Assembly (NCBI RefSeq): GCF_006345805.1
Contig: NC_043003.1
Span: 114,638,001 to 114,702,000 of the forward strand
DNA length: 64,000 nucleotides
Direction of reading: 5' to 3'
DNA from: Octopus sinensis
Lineage: Eukaryota
Part shown: positions 1 through 12,077 of the stretch, one piece after another
Layout: the number at the start of each line of letters is the position of its first letter
Numbering within the stretch: position 1 is the first letter of the stretch
Translations under genes and position numbers: made by a program
The notes under the pieces: generated by a model
What the model was told of the DNA's origin: nothing
Seen by the model: only the letters and a program-made list of their open reading frames with translations
The model's database searches: none

Positions 1-184
1 TCAAATGAAATATCAATTCAGGAGACAGAATTTCTTTTACTGATGAAATTTTCAAAAAGACTAGATATTATTCACACTTGTCCCATTGTTTCTGCCCACA
101 CACCGAGATTCAAACAAAACGGTTTAGAATTCCTTTACCTCCTTTCCACGGCACATCAGTTGTATATTTTTTAGCTTTTTTCTG

Positions 185-528
185 CTTGTCTTATTTCAGT
201 CTTTGGACTGTGGTCAGGCTGGGGCACCATTTTCAAAGGTCTAGTAGAACTGAAAAATCTGGTACATATCATATCGCTCTCTTTTGCAGTACTGCTACGT
301 TACAGGAATGTAAATAAACCAACAACAGTTGTCAAGTGTTGGTGGTGAAGAGACAATCAAAGAGCTATCACAAAAACACACAAAACAGACACATTAACAA
401 CATCCATCCACACTATTTTCTTCACAAGACTTTGGACGGCCTGGGACTACAGAGGAAAACATCCGCACAGTGGAGCTGAACCCCAGCCCACATGGTTGGA
501 AAGCAAATTTCTTACCCACACAACTACA
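185..528 (-). mobile_element. Family A tRNA-derived SINE, old diverged copy
   Basis: Reverse complement matches the family A blocks (gccatgctggggcacc-like tail, caacagttgtcaag, ccacatggttggaaagc head) with many substitutions. Confidence 0.7.
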
Positions 529-1424
529 AAAAGTTGTTTACTTCACAATTCACATGCACCTTCCTATGAAAAGAAAATAAACAATGTGTATTTTCAGTGG
601 TTAATTAATTCATTAATTACAATAATGACATTAATTACATAAAACAACATAAATAGGTAATAAATATATAAGTAAATAAATAGCTGGCTGCACGTTCTTC
701 TCCTATATTTTGGCAGGGGCCACGTCGGTCAAGGCTGCCACAGGTTATTTATAACATACCAGACATGGCCTACAGGTTAAGCGGGTCTGGTCAGAGTGCA
801 CTTGACACGTGCCACTTGCTAAGCGCCTTCCAAATGGCACACACACCGAAATAATGATGATAATAATAATGATAATAATAATGGGGGAATTTCATTCGAC
901 CCACCACACTCACAGGCTTAGGCGATATAATCCACTTACGACAAATACACGGAGTAGCATCCACATCATCATCATCAACATCATCCTTGTTGCTGTTGTT
1001 GTTGTTGTATTTATTATTGACGTCTTTAACAGCTTAACTTTCTTAATGCTTTTCTTCTACGGATGTATATAAATGACGACGACAAAAACAAAACAAGCAA
1101 AAAGAAAAAAAAATGGGAAAGAAAAAGCGAGCAAAAGCACAAGAAATAAAAGAAAGAATTGTGTGTCGAAGTATCCGGAGGCCATAATCTGGTTAATAAG
1201 TAGGGAGCAGCATGCGCTGAATCACTGTTGAAAGTTCTTAATCCTAAATCTTCCTAATCAAAATGGCTTCTAATTGAACGCTGTTTTGTGCAAAGGGTTA
1301 TGGGAAGGGTCACCATTCACAATTAAGGCTTTCCTTTCACTCAGGAAACGTCTGATTAACTTCCATTTTGACTTCGTTTCCCTTTTTTTAACACTGTTGC
1401 TTTAAAACATGTTTCATTGTATTT

Positions 1425-1426
1425 TT

Positions 1427-1466
<40 letters not shown>

Positions 1467-1473
1467 GGTGGTG

Positions 1474-1538
<65 letters not shown>

Positions 1539-1860
1539 GGTGGGAATGATAATAGTAGTAGAAGTTGTGGTAGTAGCAGTGGTTGTTGTATTAGAATTAG
1601 CATTTGTACTAGTAATGGTTATAGTGATTTGTTGTTGGTGGCGGGGTGATGACAGTAGTAGCAGTAGTGGTGGTGGAAACGATAATAATAGTACTAGTTG
1701 TGGTAGTAGTAGTTGTGGTTGTAGTATTAGTGGTTGTAGTATTAGTATTTGTACTAGTAATGGTTGCTGTGATTTGTTGTGGGTGGTGGGGGTGATGACA
1801 GTAGTAGTTGTAGTAGTAGTAGTAGGAGGAGGAGGAGGAGGAGGTGTTGTTATTGATATT
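1425..1860. repeat. Compound (TAG)n/(TGG)n/(GGA)n microsatellite
   Basis: Directly visible; it explains the poly-T/V/L ORFs at 1356-1967. Confidence 0.95.
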
Positions 1861-2283
1861 GTTGGTGGAGTAGCCTGAGGCGAGCCATGCTCGAGAGGAG
1901 GCGTATGATCAAAGGCGTTTCCAGCGCTCATCATCTTCCGCTGTTTTCCATTTTGTACTAAATCCATCTTCCAATCGTAACAATCAAATTCATTTCAAAA
2001 CATAAAAATAGCGACGGACTTATTTTATTTGCGGAAGAATTTTGCTGCTAATTCTAACATTTGAGTCACTCTGCAGTTTCCACTTTTAGATAAAGCGTTG
2101 TGTTGCTCGCGCGCGCGTGCGTGTTTGTGTTTCTGTGTGTGGGGGGTGGTGAAAGAAAGTACATCTGACATCATTGTTTTCTACTCACGAAATAAATGAG
2201 CGATTGAATAATGCATTTGACTGTGTTAGATAAATCTTATTCACAACGTGTATGGATAGATTCAATTGTAAAATATGTCTGTA

Positions 2284-2700
2284 TAGGCGCAGGAGTGGCT
2301 GTGTGGTAAGTAGCTTGCTTACCAACCACATGGTTGCGGGTTCAGTCCCACTGCGTGGCTCCTTGGGCAAGTGTCTTCTACTATAGCCCCGGGCCGACCT
2401 AATCCTTGTGAGTGGATTAGGTAGACGGAAACTGAAAGAAGCACGTCTTATATATCTATATATATATGTGTGTGTGTATGTGCGTGTGTATATGTTTGTG
2501 TGTCTGTGTTTGTCCCCACCACTATCGCTTGACAGCCGATGCTGGTATTTACGTCCCCGTAACTTAGCGGTACAGCAAAAGAGACAGAGAATAAATATTA
2601 GGCTTACAAAGAATAATCCCGAGGTCGATTTGTTCGACTAAAGGCGGTGCTCCAGCATGGCCGCAGTCAAATGACTAAAACAAGTAAAAGAATAAAAGAA
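2284..2700 (+). mobile_element. Family A tRNA-derived SINE (CORE-like), full length
   Basis: A-box-like TGGCTGTGTGG, B-box-like GGTTCAGTCCC, CCTTGGGCAAG CORE-like block, internal (TA/TG)n, and tail AAGGCGGTGCTCCAGCATGGCCGCAGTC...AAGTAAAAG; many copies in the window. Confidence 0.9.
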
Positions 2701-3495
2701 TATACACACACACATGATACATACATCCTTTCTCTTGTCGCTTATCTTTTGCTGGTTTCATTCAGAGGCTGAGGCCATGCTGGGGCACTATCTTTCAGGG
2801 TGCTTGGTTTACACTTTTGCACTATTTCTGCGGATGTAGCGAGCTGGACGGAGTTGCCCTTCTTTGTGCTTTCTACCGCGAGTGAGGTCCATCTGGCATT
2901 TCACAACTCCACTTCTACTCACCGCAAATCTGTGAGTTTACTCGGCAGGATGGTGAATATTTTGAAACCTTGAAACACAAGTTGCTACAGAACTGTCTCC
3001 TTATTCTAGATAGAGAAGACGGGATCTTTGGTAATACAGCGCCGTCCAGTTCAGAGGTTGGTATAATTTACAGTGCCAAACTTGAAAACTTTGTGTAATG
3101 GCGCTCGATTGTCTCGTCTTTTAATTTTCATTTAAAAAAAAAATTAATATGCCGAAACATGTTGTAATTGTATTCAGTTGAAAATAATTTTTAAAAAATT
3201 TAAATTCCGTCTGTTTAAAGAAAGCTAAAATATAAATACTTACTGTACAAAGAGCATACATTTTTGCAATTACATTCACTTAAAAATATTTCAAAACTAT
3301 TAAAATATTGTGCTTATCAAAAGCGAAAATAGGAGCATTTACTGTAAAAACAACTCGTATTTTCTCGTTGGCAAGTTAAAGTCATTGAGACTTTTTTCCA
3401 GGCCGTGAAGTTTGTCTTCAAAATACAGAAGATATAGATAAGAGTGTCTGTAATCGAAAGTTTAGAGTATCTTCCTTTTCAGGGTTATGTCAGAT

Positions 3496-3650
3496 TTTTG
3501 TCAGTGAACAGGTCGCGGTCTTATAGCGACGAAAATATTTTGACAAATTGTGTGTTTCTTAAATGGCTTATAAACACCTTCCACGCTGCAATTGTTTTCG
3601 TTCCACCACACGATCTCAGATCAAATCACTTGCTATGCAAGTACATCTCC
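3496..3650 (+). repeat. Unclassified interspersed repeat, second copy at 51432-51590
   Basis: Both copies share tttgtcagtgaacagg..gcggtctta.agcgacgaaaatatttt and cttaaatggcttataaacaccttc...cacgatctcagatcaa.tcact.gctatgcaagtacatctcc. Confidence 0.8.
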
Positions 3651-3936
3651 AGGTTTACGTTATTTTCGGTGTATTTTTCCACTGTGCACCGTTTTGGGTA
3701 TCTATAAATACCCTAACTCCCACCCCATATCTCAGGGGTCCGTGGTCCGATTTATGCGAAATTTGTTTTATTCAGTCCGTATTCACATTTCAGGGATGTT
3801 AATTCATAATATTTTCTCATTATGCACCAGTTTGGCTGCATTCAATGACAGACAAACAAGCAATAACAGTTTTAGTAGTGTGCGTTTGTGTATGTGCGTG
3901 CGTGTGTGTGTGTGTATGTATATATATCTATATATA

Positions 3937-4231
3937 TGGCTTAGTGTTTAGGGCATTCGGCTCACCATCGTAGGGTCGCGAGTTCGATTCCGAGAAGCGC
4001 GTTGTGTCCTTGAGCAAGACACTTTATTTCTCGTTGCTCCAGTCCACTCAGCTAGCAAAAATGAGTAGTACCTGTATTTCAAGGGCCCAAGCTTATCACA
4101 TTCTGTATCAGGCTAAATCTTCCTGAGAAGTATCTGAAGTATCTGAAGTACGTTAATCTCACAAGCTTGCTGTTCCGTTGATCGGCTCAACGGGAACCCT
4201 CGTCGTCGAAAGCGACGGAGTGCCACTTTTT
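3937..4231 (+). mobile_element. Family C tRNA-derived SINE (CORE-like)
   Basis: A-box TGGCTTAGTG, B-box GAGTTCGATTCC, then TGTGTCCTTGAGCAAGACAC CORE-like block; ends in a T/TA-rich tail. Confidence 0.75.
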
Positions 4232-4357
4232 TATATATCATATACATATATATATATATTCATAATAATAATATAGAGAGAGAGGGGCTGTATATCTATC
4301 TATCCATCTATCTATTTATCTACCTATCTTCTCCTTCCCCTACTCTCTCTCTCTCAT

Positions 4358-4408
<51 letters not shown>

Positions 4409-4668
4409 TATATATATATATAACAGGGAGATAGATATCCATTCTAATGCGCAGGTCTTTGATGTGTGTATATATTTTAGGAACTGTTATAAAGTTACTT
4501 GAATATCTCAAGGACCCGGCCTTTTGTGCATTGCGATTTTTAAATTTTACAGCTGATGAAATGTAATATACAGATAAATACCACACTTAAACAGACCTAT
4601 ACATATGTTTGTGTGTGTATGTATGTATGTATACATACATACATACATACATACATACATACATACAT

Positions 4669-4699
<31 letters not shown>

Positions 4700-5555
4700 T
4701 ATATATATATACTAACGTGATAAATAACAGATATTTTTGTGGGAATCTATCGTCCTCACCACAATATCGAGAAAAGAGCTGTGTTTAATTTTCCTTCACT
4801 TTAATTATCTCCTTTCCATTTCCTGTTGCCTTTTCTAAACAGACTGGCAGCCATTGTTTCTTTTGTAATCTTCGATCTAAATTAACAAAAAACTTTCCAT
4901 TTCGATCATTCCAGTACTTCAGTTTCTTGTTCTTTGGAAAAATCGATGATAAAGCATCGCATTGCCTCTGTTCTTTGTAAAGCTTTTTGTTCTGCGTAAT
5001 CTTACGCACCGTTGATTCCATGGTAGCGTAGTCCTGGCCTAGTTAGGTTTTGGCAGTATCACTTCCAATCTTGCTAATAAATACAAATTACCCTGCCAAC
5101 AATATAACTCACCAATTCTTAGCGGTTTCACATCTTACAGAAGAAGATTTCTTGACATGTAACTGAAGAACTGAAAATAGAGTGAATTTCCGATTCAAAT
5201 GTCGTCAAGGTCTGGAAAAGGGCGAACACAAAATTTTGAAAAATACAAATAATGTGAACATATTTTTAGAAATATGTATTTATATTTATACATGTTTATG
5301 TATACATATACTATCCATTTAGGTTATGAATATGTGCGCATGTGTGCAAATGCACACACACAAACATACGCACGCACAAGCACCCCCGAAATCCATAGAT
5401 ATACTCATATAGAAATATAAGGTTTTGTACTAAAGACAGGGGAAATAGAACTCAACGTTTTCCATTGTTTGTTCTTTGGGCCGAGAATTACTTACATTTC
5501 AGTGATCAAGTTTGTTGAGTGCCATGCACGGAAACCATGGGCCTTGAGTCCCTCT

Positions 5556-6430
5556 AACATTTCTGCTGATTAATAGGAAATATATTCCTGTGAATATATT
5601 TTGCTGCTCTATAATTCCTGTTGAGATACTCTATAGGTGCAAGAAGACTGCGCATGGAGATAATATGATCACTGATTTCAATTTGTTGTTGACATACACG
5701 ACATGTTGGGCTACTGCCGTTCTTTAATATGTTGGCCTGGTAGTTTCTTAAAGGTAAGCATTGATCTTGAGCTGCTATGATAAACCCTTCTGTTTCAGAT
5801 TTTAAGCCATCAGCCATCAGCCATTGATGGGTCAGGGCTTTGTCAACATCTGCATTATTTGCTCTGTTTGGGTATTTGCCATTGAAAGGTTTTTCTTTCC
5901 ATTTATCATTCAGAATATCTAAGGCAGCAGTTTTAGGACAGGTTTTCATACGCTTAGCTTTTCCTATGCGTGTTTCCAGTACGTCTAATTCTGGAATTTG
6001 TTGTTTTTGGAATTCACATAGATATTGCTTTGCCTGTTTTGTTACTGAGTATGATACTTTCTTGTTTTTATGTTTTGGGACAAGTATTAACATCCAGTCA
6101 TCAGAGTTGTTCAGGTAGGTGTTTAGGCCAATTGTGGTAATCTTCATTGTTAATTCCAGTTGTAAAGGTCCACGGCCTCCCTCTTTTCTTGGCAGATAAA
6201 ATCATTCTATATCTGCCATAGGGTGGTGCATTCTATGCATTGTCAACAATTTTCGTATTTTTCTATCAAGATTACATATTTCAGTAATTGACCAGTTAGT
6301 GATATTGTAAGTCACGACCGGTATGGCTAATGTATTTACCGCTTCGATCCTGTTTCTTGCATTCAGCTCTGTCTTCAGTATTGCCTTTATCCTGCGATAA
6401 CATTCTCTTCTCATTCTTCCTTCCTCATTC
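5556..6430 (-). mobile_element. R4/Dong-like RLE non-LTR retrotransposon fragment (RT C-terminus and CCHC knuckle), pseudogenised
   Basis: ORFs 6414-6202 (ELNARNRIEAVNTLAIPVVTY, LDRKIRKLL) and 6147-5554 (LKSETEGFIIAAQDQ, CRVC..E..DHIIS..LAPIEY) match R4-clade motifs; truncated before the endonuclease; 5' junction at (TAA)n/(GAA)n. Confidence 0.85.
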
Positions 6431-6460
6431 TTCTTCTTCTTCTTATTATTATTATTATAG

Positions 6461-7011
6461 ATGCCCTGATGCAGTACCAGGCAGTGGCTCTCATGGCTTC
6501 TGATCTCAACTGATTGGAAGTGTTATCATGTACATTGTTTTGTCTTGCTATAAAAGATGGGCTACAGCAAATGTTCTGCTCAATACCTCAGATTTGCTTG
6601 TCAGTTGTTTGACCTTAACCAGTTCAACATGTCTCTTAGTGGCTGACGATATGTGCATCTCTGATCACGAGCAGAAGTAGTGGGGGAGCATCCTAGCCAT
6701 GTGTTAAAAGGAATTGTTTGGGGTTTGGATAACTCTGGCAACGTGGGCATTTCGTTCATCATCCTTAAACAACCCTTATTCAGGGACCTTTTAATTGGTG
6801 TGGGCTACTCAACCTGAATAAAATTCAAACTGGGCCCCATTTGCAAGGTCATGTGCTGTTTATCTTAATAAGAGATCATCATGTTGCACACATATGGTTG
6901 TGATGCATGTACTTGGTGTACCCTTATCAGACGGGTAGTCATGATGAGTATACTGGGCTTCGTATATTTTACTCCAGTTTTATTTTGACACCATGCCTGC
7001 TCTCTCACTCA
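6461..7011. mobile_element. Family D ~550 bp interspersed element flanked by AAT/TTA repeats, copy 1
   Basis: Colinear with 50628-51186 from ATGCCCTGATGCAGTACC to CTCTCTCACTCA; no TIR or ORF seen. Confidence 0.85.
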
Positions 7012-7034
7012 ATAATGATAATAACAATAAAGTT

Positions 7035-7120
7035 TAATTTGAACTTGGATCGTAAAGACGAGCGAAATGCCACTAAGCATTTTCCTCGACATACTAACGA
7101 TTCTCGCAGCTCTCCTCCTT
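7035..7120 (-). mobile_element. Diverged family B SINE head fragment
   Basis: tttgaact..cgtaaagac..cgaaatgc...ctaacgattct resembles the reverse complement of the family B head. Confidence 0.55.
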
Positions 7121-8094
7121 GAAACAAACTCATAAGCAATAATCTATTTACTATATTCAAAATTGACCTTTGTCAGTGTTTGTTTTCAGGTGATCAATCG
7201 TAGTTTGTTGCCTGACCTAATAACATCCGTCCCAGCTAGTTCGATGGTGCAGTTGAAGATTTCTATCAACATGAAATCACGAAACCTTCTTAAAAACGAA
7301 TGGACACATTCACTAATATGATATAATTTCTGAAAAACAAGGCTGTCATGGGTGGATTGTCTTTCATCGTAGACCTGTCGCAACTTGGAATGACTTGAAT
7401 GGAAACCAACACAGTGTTCATAACGATCAAATTAAATGATTAACTAAAATTTAAAAGACTATGTGTTGTGAAGTCGATAAGTGCTTAAGTGAAAATCTGT
7501 GTATGCAGCAGATCATATCGATAAATAAGCATGTTGGATGGGTGATCAATCACCCGGGGTAGTTTAAAAATAAAAGAAAGCCAGATGGTATAATTGTTAT
7601 ATTAACATTGATAGATTAGAGCTTTAGCAGCATCCTAGAAAACTTTAATTAAAATTATCGACGCATTATAAATACAGGTTTAGACACTATATTAAATCGA
7701 TTTATTAACGACACGTGTATCGACATTGGTTCTACACACCGTTAAACCTATTTGTTAGAAATACGAACATATACACTCTTTTAGACAGCGCTAATCCAAT
7801 TTGTTATAGACACCTTTCGTACACTCTATTTTAAACACAGGTAATACAAATTGGTGTGTACCAAGACATTGTTAGAGATGCAATTATAGTCATCGTTAAG
7901 TTATCCATTTAGACACGGTTATTAAGAGAACTAGTTGTATATACAATTATAGATGTAATGTTAGATAGAGTTTAGACCTGTTATTATAGACACCGTTGCA
8001 GACATAATTAATATAGAAACCAGTAAATACGGGTTCGAGCAATTTTCTTATTATGCATCCGAGATTTAAATGGAAATACAATACAAATTGATGC

Positions 8095-8134
<40 letters not shown>

Positions 8135-8192
8135 ATCTATCTATCTATCTATATCTATCTATCTATCTATCCGTATTTCTATTTTATCTATC

Positions 8193-8253
<61 letters not shown>

Positions 8254-8318
8254 GTCTGTCTGTCTGTCTCTCTCTCTCTGTATATATATATGTATATATA
8301 TATGCATATATATATATG

Positions 8319-8350
<32 letters not shown>

Positions 8351-8585
8351 TATGTATGCATATATATATGTATATATATATATCTATCTATAGGTATATA
8401 TATATATGTATATATATATAGAGAGAGAGAGATACATATACACACACACATATATATAGAGGGAGAGACGTTTACTGACACAATTAAAGACGTTAGTTTG
8501 TGAAATTTATATATGTATGCATGTATATATGTTTGTATACACACACGCACACACATATGTATATATTCATATATATATATATACA
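8095..8585. repeat. Compound (CTAT)n/(TA)n/(TATG)n microsatellite
   Basis: Directly visible. Confidence 0.95.
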
Positions 8586-9419
8586 CAGTGTACAGTATAT
8601 TAGACCTTGTTAAGACAAATTGATAGGTGCATAAAATTCATTTAGAGAGAGACACTAGCTAAAATGGGTTTTACAGAAATTGGTATAAATACCGTTTAGA
8701 CACTCTTAAGGGAAATGATTACACATACATTGATAAACCCTTTGTTGAACATCATTACGACAATTTGCAGAGGCATGTAATTAAGGGACAGACAGATTTC
8801 TAACACAACAAAGGTCTAAGATCGAACCTTCTTTCTCTTCACGACTTCCCACTGAGTCTCTCTCTCTTTCACCCTCTCCTCCCTTTCTCTCTTCCGCTCT
8901 CTCTCCACTCTCTTTTGTACTTTTTCTTCCTCTGAGATTTTCTTTGTCTCTTTTCTAAATTAATATAATTTTCTTACTTTTTCGCCGTTATAATTTCTCG
9001 CAGTTTACATCTGGCAAGTCCTGATAAAATAGACACACCTGTGACCAAAGACATTCGGCATAAATTGTTTGGAACAATAAGAATTTTCATTTTTAATGTG
9101 GAATGGTGAGCTTTGATGGCGCTTTGCTTCGTATTCTTTGTATTCTCATATACACGAACAAACATGTACAAATATTTGAATAACTGTTTGACTCAGCTTC
9201 ACAGGAATTGAAATTTCATGGACAGATAAAACCAAATGTATTGAGTGCTACTTTCTTTCGTTTGTTCATTCAATCCTCTTTCTCTCTCTCTCATTCATCT
9301 TAAGCCATCACTGTCTGAGAAGGTATTTAGTTGAAATCATCACAGTCATGAACGTTCTATTGGCGGTTTTGTTGCAGTATACAACGAAGTAAATTATTCA
9401 ATGTGTGTAATTCAAAATA

Positions 9420-9463
<44 letters not shown>

Positions 9464-9484
9464 CCTGCAGCAGCAGCAGTAGTA

Positions 9485-9523
<39 letters not shown>

Positions 9524-9547
9524 ATAGTAGTAGTAGTAGTAGTACCT

Positions 9548-9593
<46 letters not shown>

Positions 9594-9598
9594 TAGCT

Positions 9599-9631
<33 letters not shown>

Positions 9632-9650
9632 CTAGTTGTAGTAGTAGTAA
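9420..9650. repeat. (TAG)n/(CAG)n microsatellite with a duplicated GTACCTGCAG interruption
   Basis: Directly visible. Confidence 0.95.
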
Positions 9651-9964
9651 TGTAGGGGTCATTACTACTTCTAGCATGTCATGTGATTATTTGTATCAAA
9701 AGTTCTCAACGTTTTACGTTCCACAATCAAATAAACGATAGAGGTGTCATGGCACACCAACAGTTTTCACTACATTTATTATAGAAGGAAGAAAAAAACC
9801 AAATAAGTCATAAAATGAATATTAAAATTCTTTTAAAGCAGAGATGTTTTGTTTTTTGCTGCAAAGACAGTGGAAAGAAACTCGGGGAGAGCATAACAGC
9901 AGGTGGTCCTCAGAGGAGAAACCCGCTTTAGGCAAGTGTTTCGGCCCTTAACTCTTGACAATCT

Positions 9965-10224
9965 AGCGGGATCACACCACATCCAAGTCATGACACCTGG
10001 ATGTCCACCTGATGTCCGTTTTAGTACACCTTAGGTGGGACTGGTTTCTAGCAATGTTGTGACGTGTGCTGCTGCACTGAGAAGAGCTAAGTACCCGTTT
10101 CCAGCTGGGTACAGTGGCGAGCGCTCGGCCTACCCAGGTGTGAAGGTTCTTTTTTCTCAAGGTCCCAGTGGGATTCAAACCCGGATAGCCGGCTCCAGAG
10201 GCGCAGGCCTACACGAATACGCCA
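9965..10224 (-). mobile_element. Rare GC-rich tRNA-derived SINE (family H), single copy in the window
   Basis: Minus strand: A-box-like TGGCGTATTCGTGTAGG, B-box GGTTTGAATCCC, central CTGTACCCAGCTGGAAACGGGTACTTAG block. Confidence 0.65.
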
Positions 10225-10523
10225 ATTTGACATACATTGTAGCAGTGAAATGCATAGATAGATTACATACAACCTGCACCGTTCTACGTTTTAACAGTTG
10301 TCACAAGTTATGAACATGTTTTTTTATCATGGATGTAGCAGTAAGTCTATTGCACAGATGCTATTTCAAGGCTGATGAATGTATAAGTATACTGAACGTA
10401 TTCTCATCGCTCGGATCTATAAAAATATCATTTATATCCCATTATTTATTGCAAATAGACATCAAGGTATAGATGCAAATTAATGTTTTTTATTTTCACG
10501 ATGTATTTGGGTAGAAATACATA

Positions 10524-10898
10524 TCTTTATATATAAAAGTGAAGTTGTGTGTCTGTTTCCTACGATTTAGATTCCTAACTACTCCCACATTTTGCGGTGC
10601 AGTTTCACCAAAACTGGGTATCTTATAGTCGTGATTCATATCGAGCCCTTCTACGATGAGTCTACGATTTAAAAAAAAAATTACCATCAATTTTTCCCAT
10701 TTTTAATGCATTTTTGGCATATATAAGGGAAGTAACTCTCTAAAAATTTATTATTAAATCTCAGAACGTAAAAAGCTGCAGTAACATCCCCCTTTTGTGG
10801 TTAGCCATATTGTGATGGCTATTATACTTTACATCTCTAAAAATGCTTATATAGTTATTTCCCTTACAAACCCGAGCAACGCCGGGCGATACTGATAG
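10524..10898 (+). mobile_element. Non-autonomous Helitron, copy 1
   Basis: A|TC start (TCTTTATATATAAAAG), subterminal CCCGAGCAACGCCGGG hairpin, end ATAG|T (CTAG in copy 2); inverted copy at 45292-45696. Confidence 0.85.
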
Positions 10899-11402
10899 TT
10901 CGAAAATAAAATACGAACAAAAATTGGTAGGAAGTTTGTGGCGTAATATATCATGTTTTCTCTTGTTCGAGATTGCTTCTTTGAAACATCGGCCAGTGCC
11001 CTAATCCCACCTTGAAACAGTGAGCTCTTGATATGAAATTGAAAATAGAGGACTTGTTTTGAGTGATCTAAAATATTGAGGATGGTGGCAATGGTAGTGG
11101 AGGGTGGGCTTTATTTGTGATGGAAAGACATTGAGAATGATGCTGTGCCTCTACTAAGTGCCGCACTTAAACATCTCTGTCGTTTCTGATTTCAGTCAAA
11201 TCATCTTCGTCTGGTGAGACAAATTTTCTTAATACACACAAACACAAGTGGATCTCGCATTCAACCAAAGGAAGGTATATCCATTGAGGCAACATAACAT
11301 TTTCAATATATTTATTCAGCAGAAACAAACTTCACAAAATTAATTCAAAATTATTTTTTCCCAGCTTGCAAAATTTAATTTTTTCCATTTAAACGTCAAC
11401 TC

Positions 11403-11504
<102 letters not shown>

Positions 11505-12077
11505 ACAAAGTGTTGTTGTTTTCTGGAATAAATTTTCTCACTCCACATACAGCTATTAACGATCTTTTGAATATTTTTCAAGCTTTAGATGCTTGAAAAA
11601 TGTCAACTAAAATTGCGCCACGACCCATCCTTAATAAGCAAATCACCCAGCTCAGTCACTTCAAACATGAAAAAAAGGGGAAAAAAATGTAGCTTTTCCC
11701 TTCGGTTTGTAAAATCTTAAAAGCTTCCTTCTAAATAACCGTCTCACTTCCGGCTACAATGAGTCTCAGTGTAAGCTCTTTCTATGAAAGGAAAACAACT
11801 TTGATTTTAAGTCTTAATGTAATTAAATCTTAAACAGTCTCGTGCAAGAGTTTTTAATGATCTTAAAATAAATGCTTCTCCACGGACAAAATGGCAAAAA
11901 AAATTCATTTGCAATCTGCTTGGCTGCTACGGATAATCATCTCAATTTTCCCGTTACTTTGAGCACAGACCATGACGACTCGTGAGAACAAAAGTAACTA
12001 ATGGCAAAATTATATTTCGGTTTTTGTACTGTTAAGAATTGTATTTAAGAAAATGTTCGTGGGTGAGTTGTAGTCTA

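Noticed and set aside
1356-1967. 203-aa minus-strand ORF starting MDLVQNGKQRKMMSAG
   Set aside because: Only the first 30 or so codons are unique; the rest is microsatellite. No clear donor site or recognisable domain.
6930-6950. CTGATAAG-like motif in element D (minus strand) as a hammerhead core
   Set aside because: It is the loop of a TACCC/GGGTA hairpin, G8 is missing, and no properly placed GAAA or stem III follows.
11574-11600. 10-bp hairpin TTTTTCAAGC/GCTTGAAAAA
   Set aside because: Short and AT-rich; expected by chance in 64 kb.
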